64,000 bases of DNA from an uncultured Gammaproteobacteria bacterium (GCA_963816515.1 CAWFKX010000003.1:60259-124258); one strand, 5' to 3'. Shown: positions 21,239 to 31,327, counted from the stretch's first letter. A program made the numbers and translations. The notes: generated from the sequence alone by a model not told the origin.

Positions 21239-22681
21239 TCAAGGCTTGCCGACCGCCGAGGCACTTCCCGATAACACTGCCTCTGCATGCTTGAATGCCT
21301 TCTTCAAATCGATACCGCGCTCGTCAATGACCAGCTCCAGAAGCGAAGGGTCATAAACGCTGTCCCTTACTTTAAGGATGGACAGCAAACGTTTTAGTTC
21401 AGCTTCGTATTCAACGAAACGCAGCAGCAGGATGTTGTCGACGATGCTAGACAGGTCCGGCGTCGGCGAGGTGATCTCCGGGCCGAACAGGCCGCGGATC
21501 TCCCAGGTGACGAACACCGTCACGCCACGGGCGCGCAATTCGCCCATCAACGCACTGAAAAACTCGGTCAGGCGCAATTGGTTGGTGGCGCAGCGGGTCA
21601 TGCCGCCCAGGCTGTCGATGAGCACGCGCTTGATGCCGTGGGTGTCGACCAACTTGAGCAGGCGCGCGCCCAGGCCGTCGACCAGGCCTTCGGTGGTCGG
21701 CTGCCAGGCGACGAACAGCGCGCCGGCGTCCTGCATGGCCTGGAAGTCATAACCCAGGGCGTGGGCTTTGATGCCCAGGCGTTGCGGCGACTCGTAGAAG
21801 CCGAAATGCAGGGCCGGCTCTGCCGGCGTGCCGGCGCCGAGAAAATGAATGCCCAGGGAGGTCTTGCCGATGCCCGAGGGGCCCATGGCCAAGGTCACCG
21901 AAGAACGCGGCAGGCCGCCGCCCATGAGCTTGTCCAGGGCCGGCACACCGCTGGGCAGGCGCGTCAGGTCGGCACTGTCCGGGCGCGACGGGTGGCTGTA
22001 GAGGCTTTCCAGGCGCGGGTACACCACCAGGCCGTCGTCGGTGATCTCGCATTCGTGCAAGCCCGACAGTGCGCCGCTGCCACGGGTCTTGCGCAGTTGG
22101 ATGCGGCGAACCGAACGGGTACCGAACAGCTCTTCACCCATCTCGATCACGCCATCGACCATGGTGTGTTCCGGGCTGCCGTCATCCAGTCGCGAGCTGG
22201 TGAGAAACAGCACCGTGCAACCGGCGAAGGCGGCGTGGCCCTGCAGCTCGGAAATGAATTTTTTCGTGTCGATCTGCGACTCGGCCTTGGAACGGGCATT
22301 GAGCAGGCCGTCGACGATCAGCACCGTGGCCTTCTGCCGGCTGATTTCGCGGCGCAGCAGCTTCACCACTTCGTCCAGGCCTTCGTTTTCCAGGGTGTCG
22401 AAGGCACTGACGAACTGGATCTCGTTGCCCACGCGGCTGGCATCGAAGAAGCTCAGGGTGGACAGGTACTGGAAGAGTCGCTCGTGGGATTCGGCCAACA
22501 GCGTGGCCACCAGCACCCGGCCGCCGTTGCGCACGTGGTTGAAGCCCAACTGGTTGGCCAGGATGGTCTTGCCCGATCCGGGGCGCCCCTGGACGATGTA
22601 GGACGAGCCTGCGACCAGCCCGCCCTTCAACAGAAGGTCGAGCCCTTCGATTCCGCTTTCAAGGCGTTTTAGCTGTTCCAA
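21239..22681 (-). CDS. KaiC/RAD55-family double-domain ATPase
   Basis: Two RecA-like domains with Walker A GRPGSGKT and GPSGIGKT; KTRGS and KVRDS motifs; TTG start uncertain. Confidence 0.88.
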   Translation of the reverse strand: MEQLKRLESGIEGLDLLLKGGLVAGSSYIVQGRPGSGKTILANQLGFNHVRNGGRVLVATLLAESHERLFQYLSTLSFFDASRVGNEIQFVSAFDTLENEGLDEVVKLLRREISRQKATVLIVDGLLNARSKAESQIDTKKFISELQGHAAFAGCTVLFLTSSRLDDGSPEHTMVDGVIEMGEELFGTRSVRRIQLRKTRGSGALSGLHECEITDDGLVVYPRLESLYSHPSRPDSADLTRLPSGVPALDKLMGGGLPRSSVTLAMGPSGIGKTSLGIHFLGAGTPAEPALHFGFYESPQRLGIKAHALGYDFQAMQDAGALFVAWQPTTEGLVDGLGARLLKLVDTHGIKRVLIDSLGGMTRCATNQLRLTEFFSALMGELRARGVTVFVTWEIRGLFGPEITSPTPDLSSIVDNILLLRFVEYEAELKRLLSILKVRDSVYDPSLLELVIDERGIDLKKAFKHAEAVLSGSASAVGKP

Positions 22682-22981
22682 GATCCAACCTGCCTATATC
22701 AATAATCGCCGAGATAGACCGCCCCGCGCGGGGAACGTTTAATCTCTTGAAGAATAAGGAATTCTATACCCCTTCGGGCACGACACCCACCCCTGTAGGC
22801 GTTTTATCGCCAAACCACACCCTATCGACCTGCTCAATCGCGCTATCGAAACAAGCGATTAGACGTGCAGGCCTTGAGCCATTAGCTTTCGCGGCAATCA
22901 ATGTCGCAAAACGTCGCAGGGCCAGGATGGCAAATAGCGGAAAACGCGCATCTCTTTCACCTGGCCCACGAGTCTGATCCC

Positions 22982-23785
22982 ATGTCCCTGAACACCCCAC
23001 AACAGATCGCCGAAATGGCCATCGACACTGGCACCAAAAAAGCCCACGCCCCACTGCCCGCCGTGCTGGTGCTGGGCTTTCTCGCCGGTGCGTTCATTGC
23101 CCTGGGCTTTCTGCTCGACATCCACGTCAGCACCATGATCCCCGGCCCTTGGTCGTCACTGGGCAACCTGCTGGGCGCGGCGGTGTTCCCGCTGGGCCTG
23201 ATTCTGGTGATCCTGGGCGGCGGCGAGTTGCTGACCGGCAACATGATGACCCTGCCAATGGCCTTGTTCAGTGGCAAGATCGCACTCACGGCGCTGCTGC
23301 GCAACTGGTTGCTGGTGACCGCCGCCAACCTGCTGGGCGCGCTGTTCGTCGCCTACTGCTTCGGCCACCTGCTGGGCCTGACCGAGGGCCCGTTCCTGGC
23401 CAAGACATTGGCCATCGCCAACGCCAAGGCCAGCGCCGATTTCACCCACGCGTTCGTGTCGGGCATCGGCTGCAACTGGATGGTGTGCCTGGCGGTGTGG
23501 CTGTCGTACGCCAGCAAGGAAGTGACCGGCAAGATCCTGGGCATGTGGTTCCCGGTCATGGGCTTCGTGGCCATCGGCTTCCAGCACGTGGTGGCGAACA
23601 TGTTCGTGATCCCCGCCGCCATCTTCGCCGGCGCCTTGGGCTGGGGGCAGTTCGTCGACAACATGGTGCCGGTGTTCCTGGGCAATGCAGTGGGCGGCGC
23701 GATTTTCGTCGGGCTGGCGTATTTCGTGGCGTTTGGCAAAGCGGCTGAAGCCACCGGCGCCACGGCTATCGACCTTCAGCGGTAA
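22982..23785 (+). CDS. Formate/nitrite transporter (FNT) family channel
   Basis: GELLTGN, GIGCNWMVCLAVW, FQHVVANM, LGNAVGG. Confidence 0.92.
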   Translation: MSLNTPQQIAEMAIDTGTKKAHAPLPAVLVLGFLAGAFIALGFLLDIHVSTMIPGPWSSLGNLLGAAVFPLGLILVILGGGELLTGNMMTLPMALFSGKIALTALLRNWLLVTAANLLGALFVAYCFGHLLGLTEGPFLAKTLAIANAKASADFTHAFVSGIGCNWMVCLAVWLSYASKEVTGKILGMWFPVMGFVAIGFQHVVANMFVIPAAIFAGALGWGQFVDNMVPVFLGNAVGGAIFVGLAYFVAFGKAAEATGATAIDLQR

Positions 23786-23797
23786 ACACCCCTGACC

Positions 23798-23825
23798 GGT
23801 GGGAGCTGGCTTGCCAGCTTCTACA
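23798..23825. repeat. REP-like palindrome
   Basis: GGTGGGAGCTGGC-TT-GCCAGCTTCTACA, near-identical to the element at 3336. Confidence 0.6.
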
Positions 23826-23938
23826 CCCTGCAGCAGCGGCCGCCGGGCCGCGCCGGCCTCACGCCGCACGCTCGCGCATGGCGCCGCGCGGCGGGGAATG
23901 TTACAAAGACGTTTTCGCTATTGCCTGCCTGCCCCGCC

Positions 23939-24208
23939 ATGACCATCGACGACAGCATGATCACCCGGGCGATCTTCGCCCTGCTCTCCCAGCGTGCCCC
24001 TGACCATTCGATCTGCCCCAGCGACGTGGCCCGGGTGCTGAGCGCCGACGAAGCGCTGTGGCGGGCATTGATGCCGGACATCCGCCGGGTGGCCTCGTGC
24101 CTGGCCCAGGCCAACGTTTTGCGCATCACTCAGGGCGAGGCCACACTGGCGCCCGACCGCATCGGCAGCGGACCGATCCGCCTGCGGCGTGGGTCATTGA
24201 TGCGCTGA
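23939..24208 (+). CDS. DUF3253-like small protein
   Basis: SICPSDVAR, WRALM, GPIRLR motifs. Confidence 0.75.
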   Translation: MTIDDSMITRAIFALLSQRAPDHSICPSDVARVLSADEALWRALMPDIRRVASCLAQANVLRITQGEATLAPDRIGSGPIRLRRGSLMR

Positions 24209-24334
24209 CCGATAACACCTGCGCATCAATCCATCAGAAATATGCAGTTATCATTTCAAAACATTTCCGCGACCATCGTCCCCCTACAAGAAACCCATGT
24301 GCCCCGTTGCACGTGTCATAAAAAATGATGGGAG

Positions 24335-25642
24335 ATGCACATGCAGTCCTCGCACCAGGGCGCGTCCGCGTCCGCTCGCGCCAAAGCCGGCGCGGTATTC
24401 CGGGTTACCTCGGGTAATTTCCTCGAACAGTTCGACTTCTTCCTGTTCGGCTTCTACGCCACCCATATCGCCGCCGCCTTCTTCCCCGCCAGCAGTGAGT
24501 TCGCCTCGTTGATGATGACCTTCGCCGTGTTCGGCGCGGGCTTCCTGATGCGCCCATTGGGCGCGGTGATCCTGGGTGCGTACATTGACGACGTGGGCCG
24601 GCGCAAAGGCCTGATCGTGACCCTGTCGATCATGGCCAGCGGCACCATCCTCATTGTCCTGGTGCCCGGCTACGAGACCATCGGCTTGCTGGCCCCGGCC
24701 CTGGTGCTGCTGGGTCGCCTGCTGCAAGGCTTCTCCGCCGGTGCCGAGCTCGGTGGCGTGTCGGTGTACCTGGCAGAAATGGCCAGCCCCGGTCGCAAGG
24801 GCTTCTACACCAGCTGGCAGTCGGCCAGTCAGCAAGTGGCGATCGTGGTCGCCGCCGCCCTGGGTTACGCCCTGAACCAGTGGATGAGCGGCGACGACAT
24901 CGCCGCCTGGGGCTGGCGCATTCCGTTCGCAGTGGGCTGCATGATCGTGCCGTTCATTTTCCTGCTGCGCCGCAAACTGGAAGAAACCGAGGAATTCACC
25001 GCCCGCCGCCACCGCCCTGCCATGCGTGAGGTGTACAACACCCTGGTGGCCAACTGGACCATCGTCGTCGCCGGCATGCTGATGGTGGCCATGACCACCA
25101 CCGCGTTCTACCTGATCACCGTGTACGCGCCCACCTTCGGCAAAAGCGTGCTGAACCTGAGCACCGCCGACGCGCTGATGGTGACCCTGCTGGTGGGCGT
25201 GTCGAACTTCATCTGGCTGCCCATCGGCGGCGCGCTGTCGGACCGCATCGGGCGCAAGCCGATGCTGATCGCCATGACCGTGCTGGCCATCGCCACCTCG
25301 TACCCGGCGTTGTCGTTCCTGGCCCAGGCGCCGAGCTTTGCACACATGCTGGAAACGCTGCTGTGGCTGTCGTTCATGTACGGCATGTACAACGGCGCGA
25401 TGATTCCGGCACTCACTGAAATCATGCCGGTGGAAGTGCGCGTGGCCGGTTTTTCCCTGGCCTATAGCCTGGCCACCGCGGTGTTCGGCGGTTTCACCCC
25501 GGCGATCTCCACCGCGCTGATCCACAGCAGCGGCGACAAGGCCGCCCCGGGCTACTGGATGAGCTTTGCGGCCCTGTGCGCCCTGTGCGCCACCCTGTAC
25601 CTGTACCGCCGCGGCAGCGCCCAGCTGCGCGCCGCCGTGTAA
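24335..25642 (+). CDS. CitA/TcuC-type tricarboxylate:H+ symporter (MHS MFS)
   Basis: [40 protein letters not shown]. Confidence 0.88.
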   Translation: MHMQSSHQGASASARAKAGAVFRVTSGNFLEQFDFFLFGFYATHIAAAFFPASSEFASLMMTFAVFGAGFLMRPLGAVILGAYIDDVGRRKGLIVTLSIMASGTILIVLVPGYETIGLLAPALVLLGRLLQGFSAGAELGGVSVYLAEMASPGRKGFYTSWQSASQQVAIVVAAALGYALNQWMSGDDIAAWGWRIPFAVGCMIVPFIFLLRRKLEETEEFTARRHRPAMREVYNTLVANWTIVVAGMLMVAMTTTAFYLITVYAPTFGKSVLNLSTADALMVTLLVGVSNFIWLPIGGALSDRIGRKPMLIAMTVLAIATSYPALSFLAQAPSFAHMLETLLWLSFMYGMYNGAMIPALTEIMPVEVRVAGFSLAYSLATAVFGGFTPAISTALIHSSGDKAAPGYWMSFAALCALCATLYLYRRGSAQLRAAV

Positions 25643-25651
25643 GGGGCTGCG

Positions 25652-26419
25652 ATGAAAACGCTGATCAACACACTGGCGGCCGCGGCCCTGGCGTTCACCG
25701 GCCTGGCCCAGGCCGAAGAGCTCAACGTGATGACCTCGGGCGGCTTCACGGCCGCCTACAAGGTGCTGGGCCCGCAGTTCGCTGCCAGCCACGGCGACAC
25801 CCTCAACACCATCCTTGGCCCGAGCATGGGCAAGGCTGCCGAGGCCATTCCCAACCGCCTGGCGCGCGGCGAGCAGGCCGACGTGGTGATCATGGTCGGC
25901 TACGCGCTGGACGACCTGATCAAGCAAGGCAAGGTGATTCCCGCCTCGCGGGTGGAACTGGCCGACTCGCGCATCGGCGTGGTGGTCAAGGCCGGTGCGC
26001 CGAAGCCGGACATCAGCAGCGTGGATGCCTTCAGGCAGACGCTGCTGCACGCCCGCTCCGTGGGTTATTCCGACAGCGCCAGCGGCGTCTACGTGCAGGA
26101 CCAGCTGTTCAAGCGCCTGGGCATCGAGGCGCAGCTCAAGCCCAAGGCGAAGATGATCGAGCGCATTCCGGTGGCCGGCGAAGTGGCCAAGGGTGAACCG
26201 CAGCTGGGCCTGCAACAGGTCAGCGAACTACTGCCGATTGCCGGTGTGACCTACGTGGGCAAAATCCCCGAAGCCGTGCAGTCAGTGACCCGCTTCGCCG
26301 CCGGCATCCCGGTGGGCGCGGCGCACCCGGCGCAAGCCAAGGCCCTGCTCGACTACATGGCCTCGGCCCAGGCGCAACCGGTGGTCACCGCCACCGGGCT
26401 GGACTCGGTGCCTCACTGA
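25652..26419 (+). CDS. Periplasmic ModA-fold protein; candidate aconitate isomerase
   Basis: Signal peptide (AQA-E), MTSGGF, GPSMG, YSDSASG, QQVSEL; no ABC permease/ATPase nearby. Confidence 0.75.
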   Translation: MKTLINTLAAAALAFTGLAQAEELNVMTSGGFTAAYKVLGPQFAASHGDTLNTILGPSMGKAAEAIPNRLARGEQADVVIMVGYALDDLIKQGKVIPASRVELADSRIGVVVKAGAPKPDISSVDAFRQTLLHARSVGYSDSASGVYVQDQLFKRLGIEAQLKPKAKMIERIPVAGEVAKGEPQLGLQQVSELLPIAGVTYVGKIPEAVQSVTRFAAGIPVGAAHPAQAKALLDYMASAQAQPVVTATGLDSVPH

Positions 26420-27321
26420 TCGGCCAGCGGCCCTTTCATGTCCCTGATCAACTGTTCCAGTTCCAGCGCCGCCGGGGTCAACGACCGGCCCCGGCGGCGG
26501 ATCAGCCCCACACTGCGCAACACCGACGGCTCCACCAGCGGGATGCTGGTCATCCACTGATGTTCGCCCAGCGGCAGCGCCATCGACGGTACTGCGGCAA
26601 TCCCCAACCCCGCCTCCACCAGCCCGAGCATGGTGGTCACATGGCGCGTCTCGCAGATGCTCGGACGCGCCGGGCGAATGTGCAGCAGCGCCTGGTCCAG
26701 CACGAAGCGGTTGCCGGAGGTCTTGTCCACGGAAATGTAATCCTGCTGGAAGAACTCCTCCCAGGTCAGCTGTTTGCGCCCGGCCAGCGGGTGGTCGCGG
26801 CGGCAGGCGGCCACGTAGTGCTCCTGCACCAGCAGCTCGAATTCCAGCTCGGCGGGCAGGTTGCCGGTGAAACTCAGGCCCAGGTCGGCCTCGCCGCTGA
26901 TCACTGCCTGCTGCACGTCGTTGGCGCTGGCATCCAGCACCTTCACGCGGATGCGCGGGTAAAGCTTGTGGTAGCGGGCGACCACCTTGGGCATGAAGTA
27001 GTAGGCCGCCGACGGCACGCAGGCCACGGTGACATTGCCCAGGCGCGTGGAGGCCACTTCGCTGATACCCAACAGGGCGATGTCCAGGTCGTTGAGCAGG
27101 CGCTCGGCGCTCGGCGCGAAGGCGCGCCCCACCATGGTCAGGCTGACCCGGCGGGTGGTGCGGTCGAACAGGCGCACGTTGAGCGCGCTTTCCAGCTTCT
27201 CGATGCGCCGGCTCAGCGCCGGCTGGGAGATGCTGATGGCCTCGGCGGCCTTGCGAAAACTGCCTTTTTCCACCACGGCGCGAAAGGCCTGCAGGTCGTT
27301 CAGGTCGAAATTGATGCTCAT
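26413..27321 (-). CDS. LysR regulator
   Basis: FDLNDLQAF..SQPALSRRI HTH; convergent on the MFS-SBP pair. Confidence 0.9.
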   Translation of the reverse strand: MSINFDLNDLQAFRAVVEKGSFRKAAEAISISQPALSRRIEKLESALNVRLFDRTTRRVSLTMVGRAFAPSAERLLNDLDIALLGISEVASTRLGNVTVACVPSAAYYFMPKVVARYHKLYPRIRVKVLDASANDVQQAVISGEADLGLSFTGNLPAELEFELLVQEHYVAACRRDHPLAGRKQLTWEEFFQQDYISVDKTSGNRFVLDQALLHIRPARPSICETRHVTTMLGLVEAGLGIAAVPSMALPLGEHQWMTSIPLVEPSVLRSVGLIRRRGRSLTPAALELEQLIRDMKGPLADQ

Positions 27322-27505
27322 CCCGCTCACTCATGCGCATTTTTAGTTATCCGATCAGCTTAATGCATGAATGCCTGGCTTTGATGCTGGACCATGGTCG
27401 AAAAGCCGTTCGTCGCCGGCTGTGCACCAAAGGCCCCTTGCGACGCTCAACCGTGGGTAGCGATGAGCTTCATCGCCTATCCAACAATAAAGACGGAGAG
27501 TAACC

Positions 27506-28006
27506 ATGGACGCATTCAAAGCAGGCAAGCTGGCCTTGGCACTGGCCCTGACCGGCGCGCTGGCCAGCCCGGCCTTTGCCGCTACCTCCAACGATTTCGT
27601 CAACGACGCGGCCGCCGGCGGCATCACCGAGGTCGAGGCCGGCAAGCTGGCCCTGGAAAAAAGCAGTTCGGCCGACGTGAAGACGTTCGCCAACCGGATG
27701 ATCAAGGACCACGATGCCGCCAACGAAAAACTCACAGCCTTGGCGCACAAGCTCGACATCGAAGTGCCCGACAGCGCCACACTGACCCAGCAGGCCAAGC
27801 AGAAAGTCATGGAAATGCGTGACGATTCCTTCGACAAGGCTTACGCCGCCAATCAGGTGCAGGCACACAAAGACACCGTGGCGCTGTTCCAGAAGGAAGC
27901 GGCCTCCGGCGATAACGCCGAGCTGAAAGCCTTCGCCAAAACCACCCTGCCTAAGCTGCAGGAACACCTGAAAATGGCCGAGGCGTTGCAAGCCAAGCAT
28001 CAATAA
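27506..28006 (+). CDS. DUF4142 secreted protein
   Basis: Signal peptide, EVEAGKLAL, MIKDH, FDKAY, LPKLQEHL; RBS GGAGAG. Confidence 0.85.
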   Translation: MDAFKAGKLALALALTGALASPAFAATSNDFVNDAAAGGITEVEAGKLALEKSSSADVKTFANRMIKDHDAANEKLTALAHKLDIEVPDSATLTQQAKQKVMEMRDDSFDKAYAANQVQAHKDTVALFQKEAASGDNAELKAFAKTTLPKLQEHLKMAEALQAKHQ

Positions 28007-28091
28007 TCCGGCATGGGTTCACGGCTGCCCGTTTGCACAGCCGTGAGCCAGGGTTACCATGGACGGTTCATGCCCTGCCAATAAGCCCTCC

Positions 28092-29015
28092 ATGAACGTC
28101 GACGCCATCGCCCTGCTGCACCCGCACCTGACCACCGCCCTGCTCACCCCGCCTGAAGAAACCCGTCGCCTGTTCCATGGCCGCGGACGCTGCTGGCCGG
28201 GCCTGGAACACATCACCGTGGACTGGCTGCAAGGGGTGCTGCTGGTCTCGCTGTTCCGCGAGCCTGGCGCCGACGAACTGGCAGCGCTCAAGCCCATGCT
28301 GCTGACGGTCGCCAAGGCCGCACCGGCGGTACACAGCCTGATCCTGCAGCACCGCTACCTGCCGGACAGCAGTGCTGAATGGCTGCTGGGCGAGCCCGTG
28401 GAGCACTGGCTGATCGACGAGGACGGGCTGCGCTACCAGCTGGACCTGGGCCGCAAACAGAATATCGGCCTGTTCCTGGACATGCGCTACGGCCGCCAGT
28501 GGGTGCGCGAGCAGTCCGCCGGCAAGCGCGTGCTCAACCTGTTCGCCTACACCTGCGGCTTCTCCCTGGCGGCCATCGCTGGCGGCGCCGAACACGTGGT
28601 CAACCTCGACATGGCCCGCGCCGCCCTCAGCCGTGGTCGCGACAACCACCGCCTCAACGGTCACGACCTGGACCGCGTCAGCTTCCTGGGCCACGAGCTG
28701 TTCAAGTCCTGGGGCAAGGTCAAGCGCGGCGGCCCTTACGACCTGGTCATCATCGACCCGCCGTCGTTCCAGCGCGGCAGCTTCGTGCTGACCCAGGACT
28801 ACCGCAAAGTGCTGCGTAAACTGCCGGAACTGCTCACCGAGCACGGCGTGGTGCTGGCCTGCGTCAACGACCCGGCCATCGGCTCGGATTTTTTGATCCA
28901 GAGCATGGCCGAAGCAGCACCGGGGCTGAGCTTCCAGCGCCGCCTGCCAAACCCGCCGGAGTTTCCGGATGCGGAGATTGAAGGTGGTTTGAAAGCGTTG
29001 GTGTTCACCCAATAA
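28092..29015 (+). CDS. Class I SAM methyltransferase (RlmI/RlmK-like)
   Basis: GLFLDMR, VLNLFAYTCGFS, IIDPPSF. Confidence 0.88.
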   Translation: MNVDAIALLHPHLTTALLTPPEETRRLFHGRGRCWPGLEHITVDWLQGVLLVSLFREPGADELAALKPMLLTVAKAAPAVHSLILQHRYLPDSSAEWLLGEPVEHWLIDEDGLRYQLDLGRKQNIGLFLDMRYGRQWVREQSAGKRVLNLFAYTCGFSLAAIAGGAEHVVNLDMARAALSRGRDNHRLNGHDLDRVSFLGHELFKSWGKVKRGGPYDLVIIDPPSFQRGSFVLTQDYRKVLRKLPELLTEHGVVLACVNDPAIGSDFLIQSMAEAAPGLSFQRRLPNPPEFPDAEIEGGLKALVFTQ

Positions 29016-29026
29016 CATCACCCGGC

Positions 29027-29071
29027 CTGTAGCAGTGAACGCCAGGACGCGTCAGGACAGTTGCTGCCACA
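29027..29071. repeat. GTAG-type REP-like element (relatives at ~18593 and ~32851)
   Basis: Reverse complement TGTGGCAGCAACTGTCCTGACGC matches GGTAGCAGCAACTGTCTTGACGC at 32851 and TGTAGCAACTGTCTT at 18593. Confidence 0.55.
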
Positions 29072-29142
29072 CCCACAGCATGCCAGCTTCTGGTTGCCCT
29101 CACGGCCAATGCAGCCTACCCTCTCCCGGCTTTTTCGCGCTT

Positions 29143-29220
29143 GCAGCAGGAAGCCGGTGTCATTCCGGCGCGGTCGCGCCACTGTGTTCAGGCTTCGCCT
29201 GAGAGCCAGACCTTGCTGCC
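29143..29220 (+). ncRNA. Cobalamin riboswitch, compact type
   Basis: GGAAGCCGGTGTCATTCCGGCGCGGTCGCGCCACTGT...GAGCCAGACC core closed by GCAGCAGG/CCTTGCTGC; lies 5' of ABC + cobF operon. Confidence 0.85.
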
Positions 29221-29264
29221 GGCACTTATTCCCCCAACGGACGCGCCATCCCGGGAGCCGCTGC

Positions 29265-30290
29265 ATGATGCTGTTTCGCCGTATTTTTCTTGCCTGCCTG
29301 TCGCTGTCGACGGCCCACGCCTTTGCCGATGCCCCTGCTACCCAATACCCCCTGACCCTGCAAAACTGCGGGCACAGCGTGACCATCAGCGCCGCGCCAC
29401 AGCGTGCGGTAAGCCTGGGCCAGGCCAGCACCGAGCTGCTGTTGTCGCTGGGCCTGGCGCCGCGCATGGTCGGTACTGGCGTATGGTTCGGGCCGCTGCC
29501 CGCACCGCTGGCCGCGGCTGGCGCCCAAGTGCCGCGCCTGGCCGATAACGCACCCAGTTTCGAGTCGGTGGCCAAGGCGGCGCCGGACATCGTCGTGGCC
29601 CAGTACACCTATCACATCGGCCCCCAGGGCGAGGTCGCCACGCCCGAACAGCTGCTCAAGCTGGGTATTGCCTCTTATGTGTCGCCCAGCGACTGCGACG
29701 GCAAGGGCGTGACCGCCAGCTCCAACGCCGACGGCAGCCGCAGCCAGCTGTACTCCCTGACGCTGGTGGACAAGGAGATCAGCGAACTGGCGCGCATCTT
29801 CAATGTGCAAGCTGCAGGGCAAGCCTTGAGCGCACACCTGCACGAGCGCGTCGCGTCAGCCGTGAAGCTGGCCAATGCCACCGCGCACCCCGCGCAATCG
29901 GTGTTGTACTGGTTCTCCAGCACACGGCTGGAAGGCGACCCGTGGGTGGCCGGCAAGAACGGCGCGCCGGGGTACATTTCCCAGGTACTGGGCTTGCACA
30001 ACATCATCACCAGCGATGAAGAGTGGCCGGGCGTGAGCTGGGAAAGCATCGCCGCCAAGGACCCCGACGTGATTGTGCTGGCACGCATGCAACGACGTCT
30101 CTATCCCGCTGATGACGTGGAGAAGAAGCTGGCGTTCCTGCGCAGCGACCCGGTCACCCGCGAACTCAAGGCCGTGCGCAACAACCGCCTGATCGTGGTC
30201 GACGCCAACAGCCTCAACCCGTCCATGGCGGTGGTCGATGCCATCGAACAGATTGCCAAGGGCCTGGCGTCCACGGACAGCGCGCAGTGA
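29265..30290 (+). CDS. ABC transporter substrate-binding protein (Fe-siderophore/cobalamin/cobalt class III)
   Basis: Signal peptide, YPLTLQNCG, PQRAVSL, VSWESI..DPDVIV. Confidence 0.88.
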   Translation: MMLFRRIFLACLSLSTAHAFADAPATQYPLTLQNCGHSVTISAAPQRAVSLGQASTELLLSLGLAPRMVGTGVWFGPLPAPLAAAGAQVPRLADNAPSFESVAKAAPDIVVAQYTYHIGPQGEVATPEQLLKLGIASYVSPSDCDGKGVTASSNADGSRSQLYSLTLVDKEISELARIFNVQAAGQALSAHLHERVASAVKLANATAHPAQSVLYWFSSTRLEGDPWVAGKNGAPGYISQVLGLHNIITSDEEWPGVSWESIAAKDPDVIVLARMQRRLYPADDVEKKLAFLRSDPVTRELKAVRNNRLIVVDANSLNPSMAVVDAIEQIAKGLASTDSAQ

Positions 30291-31327
30291 TCGAGCGCCT
30301 GGCCGCAGACGATGGCCGCGCCGGGCGCTGGCTGCTGGCGTCGATGGCACTCGCCAGCCTGGCCCTGTCGATCGCCCTGGCAGTCTCCCTGGGCGAGCTG
30401 CACATTCCCCTCGCCGTTACCCTCAAGGCACTGCTCAATGGCCTCGGGCTGGGGCCGTATGACGTGCCACGTATCCAGCAAGGCATCATCTGGGAGTATC
30501 GCCTGAGCCGCGCCCTGGTGGCGGCCTTCTGTGGCGCCGGCCTGTCACTGTGCGGCGCGGTGCTGCAGGCGCTGCTGCGCAATGCCCTGGCCGACCCCTA
30601 CGTGCTGGGCATCAGTGCCGGGGCGTCCACCGGCGCGGTGCTGGTGATGCTGCTGGGCCTGGGCGGCGGTCTGATCGGTATTTCGCTGGGGGCATTCATG
30701 GGCGCTACCCTGGCGTTCGGGCTGGTGCTGCTGTTGGCCACCGGCATTCAGGGCGGCCCGGCCCAGGTGATTCTCGCCGGCGTCGCTGGCGCCCAGTTGT
30801 TCAACGCCCTGACGGCGTGGATCGTTTCCACCTCCGCCAACGCCGAGCAGGCGCGCAGCGTGATGTTCTGGCTGCTGGGCAGCCTGGGCGGCGTGCGCTG
30901 GCCGGACGTGGGCCTGGCGGCGGCCGTGGTCTCGGTGGGCTTGGTGGTGTGCCTGTACTGCGCGCGCACCCTGGACGCCTTCATTTTCGGCGACGATGCC
31001 GCCGCCAGCCTCGGCGTGCCGGTGGCACGGGTGCGCCTGCTGTTGTTCGTGGTCACCGCGCTGATCACCGCCTGCCTGGTGAGTATCGTCGGCGCCGTGG
31101 GCTTCGTCGGCCTGGTGGTGCCACACATGGCGCGACTGTTGGTGGGCCCACGGCACATTCGATTGCTGCTGGCCTGCGTGCTGATCGGCGCCAACTTCAT
31201 GGTGCTGGCCGATATCGCCTCGCGGCTGATCGTGCCCGGGCAGGTGCTGCCCATTGGCGTGGTCACCGCGCTGGTGGGCGCGCCGGTGTTTGCCGCCCTG
31301 CTCTACCGCAACCGGAGTGCGCCATGA
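30287..31327 (+). CDS. FecCD/BtuC-family ABC permease
   Basis: LQALLRNALADPYVLGIS, GFVGLVVPH, PIGVVTALVGAP. Confidence 0.92.
   Translation: MIERLAADDGRAGRWLLASMALASLALSIALAVSLGELHIPLAVTLKALLNGLGLGPYDVPRIQQGIIWEYRLSRALVAAFCGAGLSLCGAVLQALLRNALADPYVLGISAGASTGAVLVMLLGLGGGLIGISLGAFMGATLAFGLVLLLATGIQGGPAQVILAGVAGAQLFNALTAWIVSTSANAEQARSVMFWLLGSLGGVRWPDVGLAAAVVSVGLVVCLYCARTLDAFIFGDDAAASLGVPVARVRLLLFVVTALITACLVSIVGAVGFVGLVVPHMARLLVGPRHIRLLLACVLIGANFMVLADIASRLIVPGQVLPIGVVTALVGAPVFAALLYRNRSAP

Noticed and set aside
21239-22681. A true circadian clock
   Set aside because: No kaiA or kaiB in the window; KaiC-like ATPases are widespread without shown oscillation
25652-26419. modA molybdate transporter
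   Set aside because: No modB/modC; the context is tricarboxylate uptake
30550-31323. N-terminal extension of the ABC ATPase in the ORF track (similarly extended starts for galD, galC, gudD and the SBP)
   Set aside because: Overlaps the upstream gene in another frame; the real start is the coupled ATG at 31324
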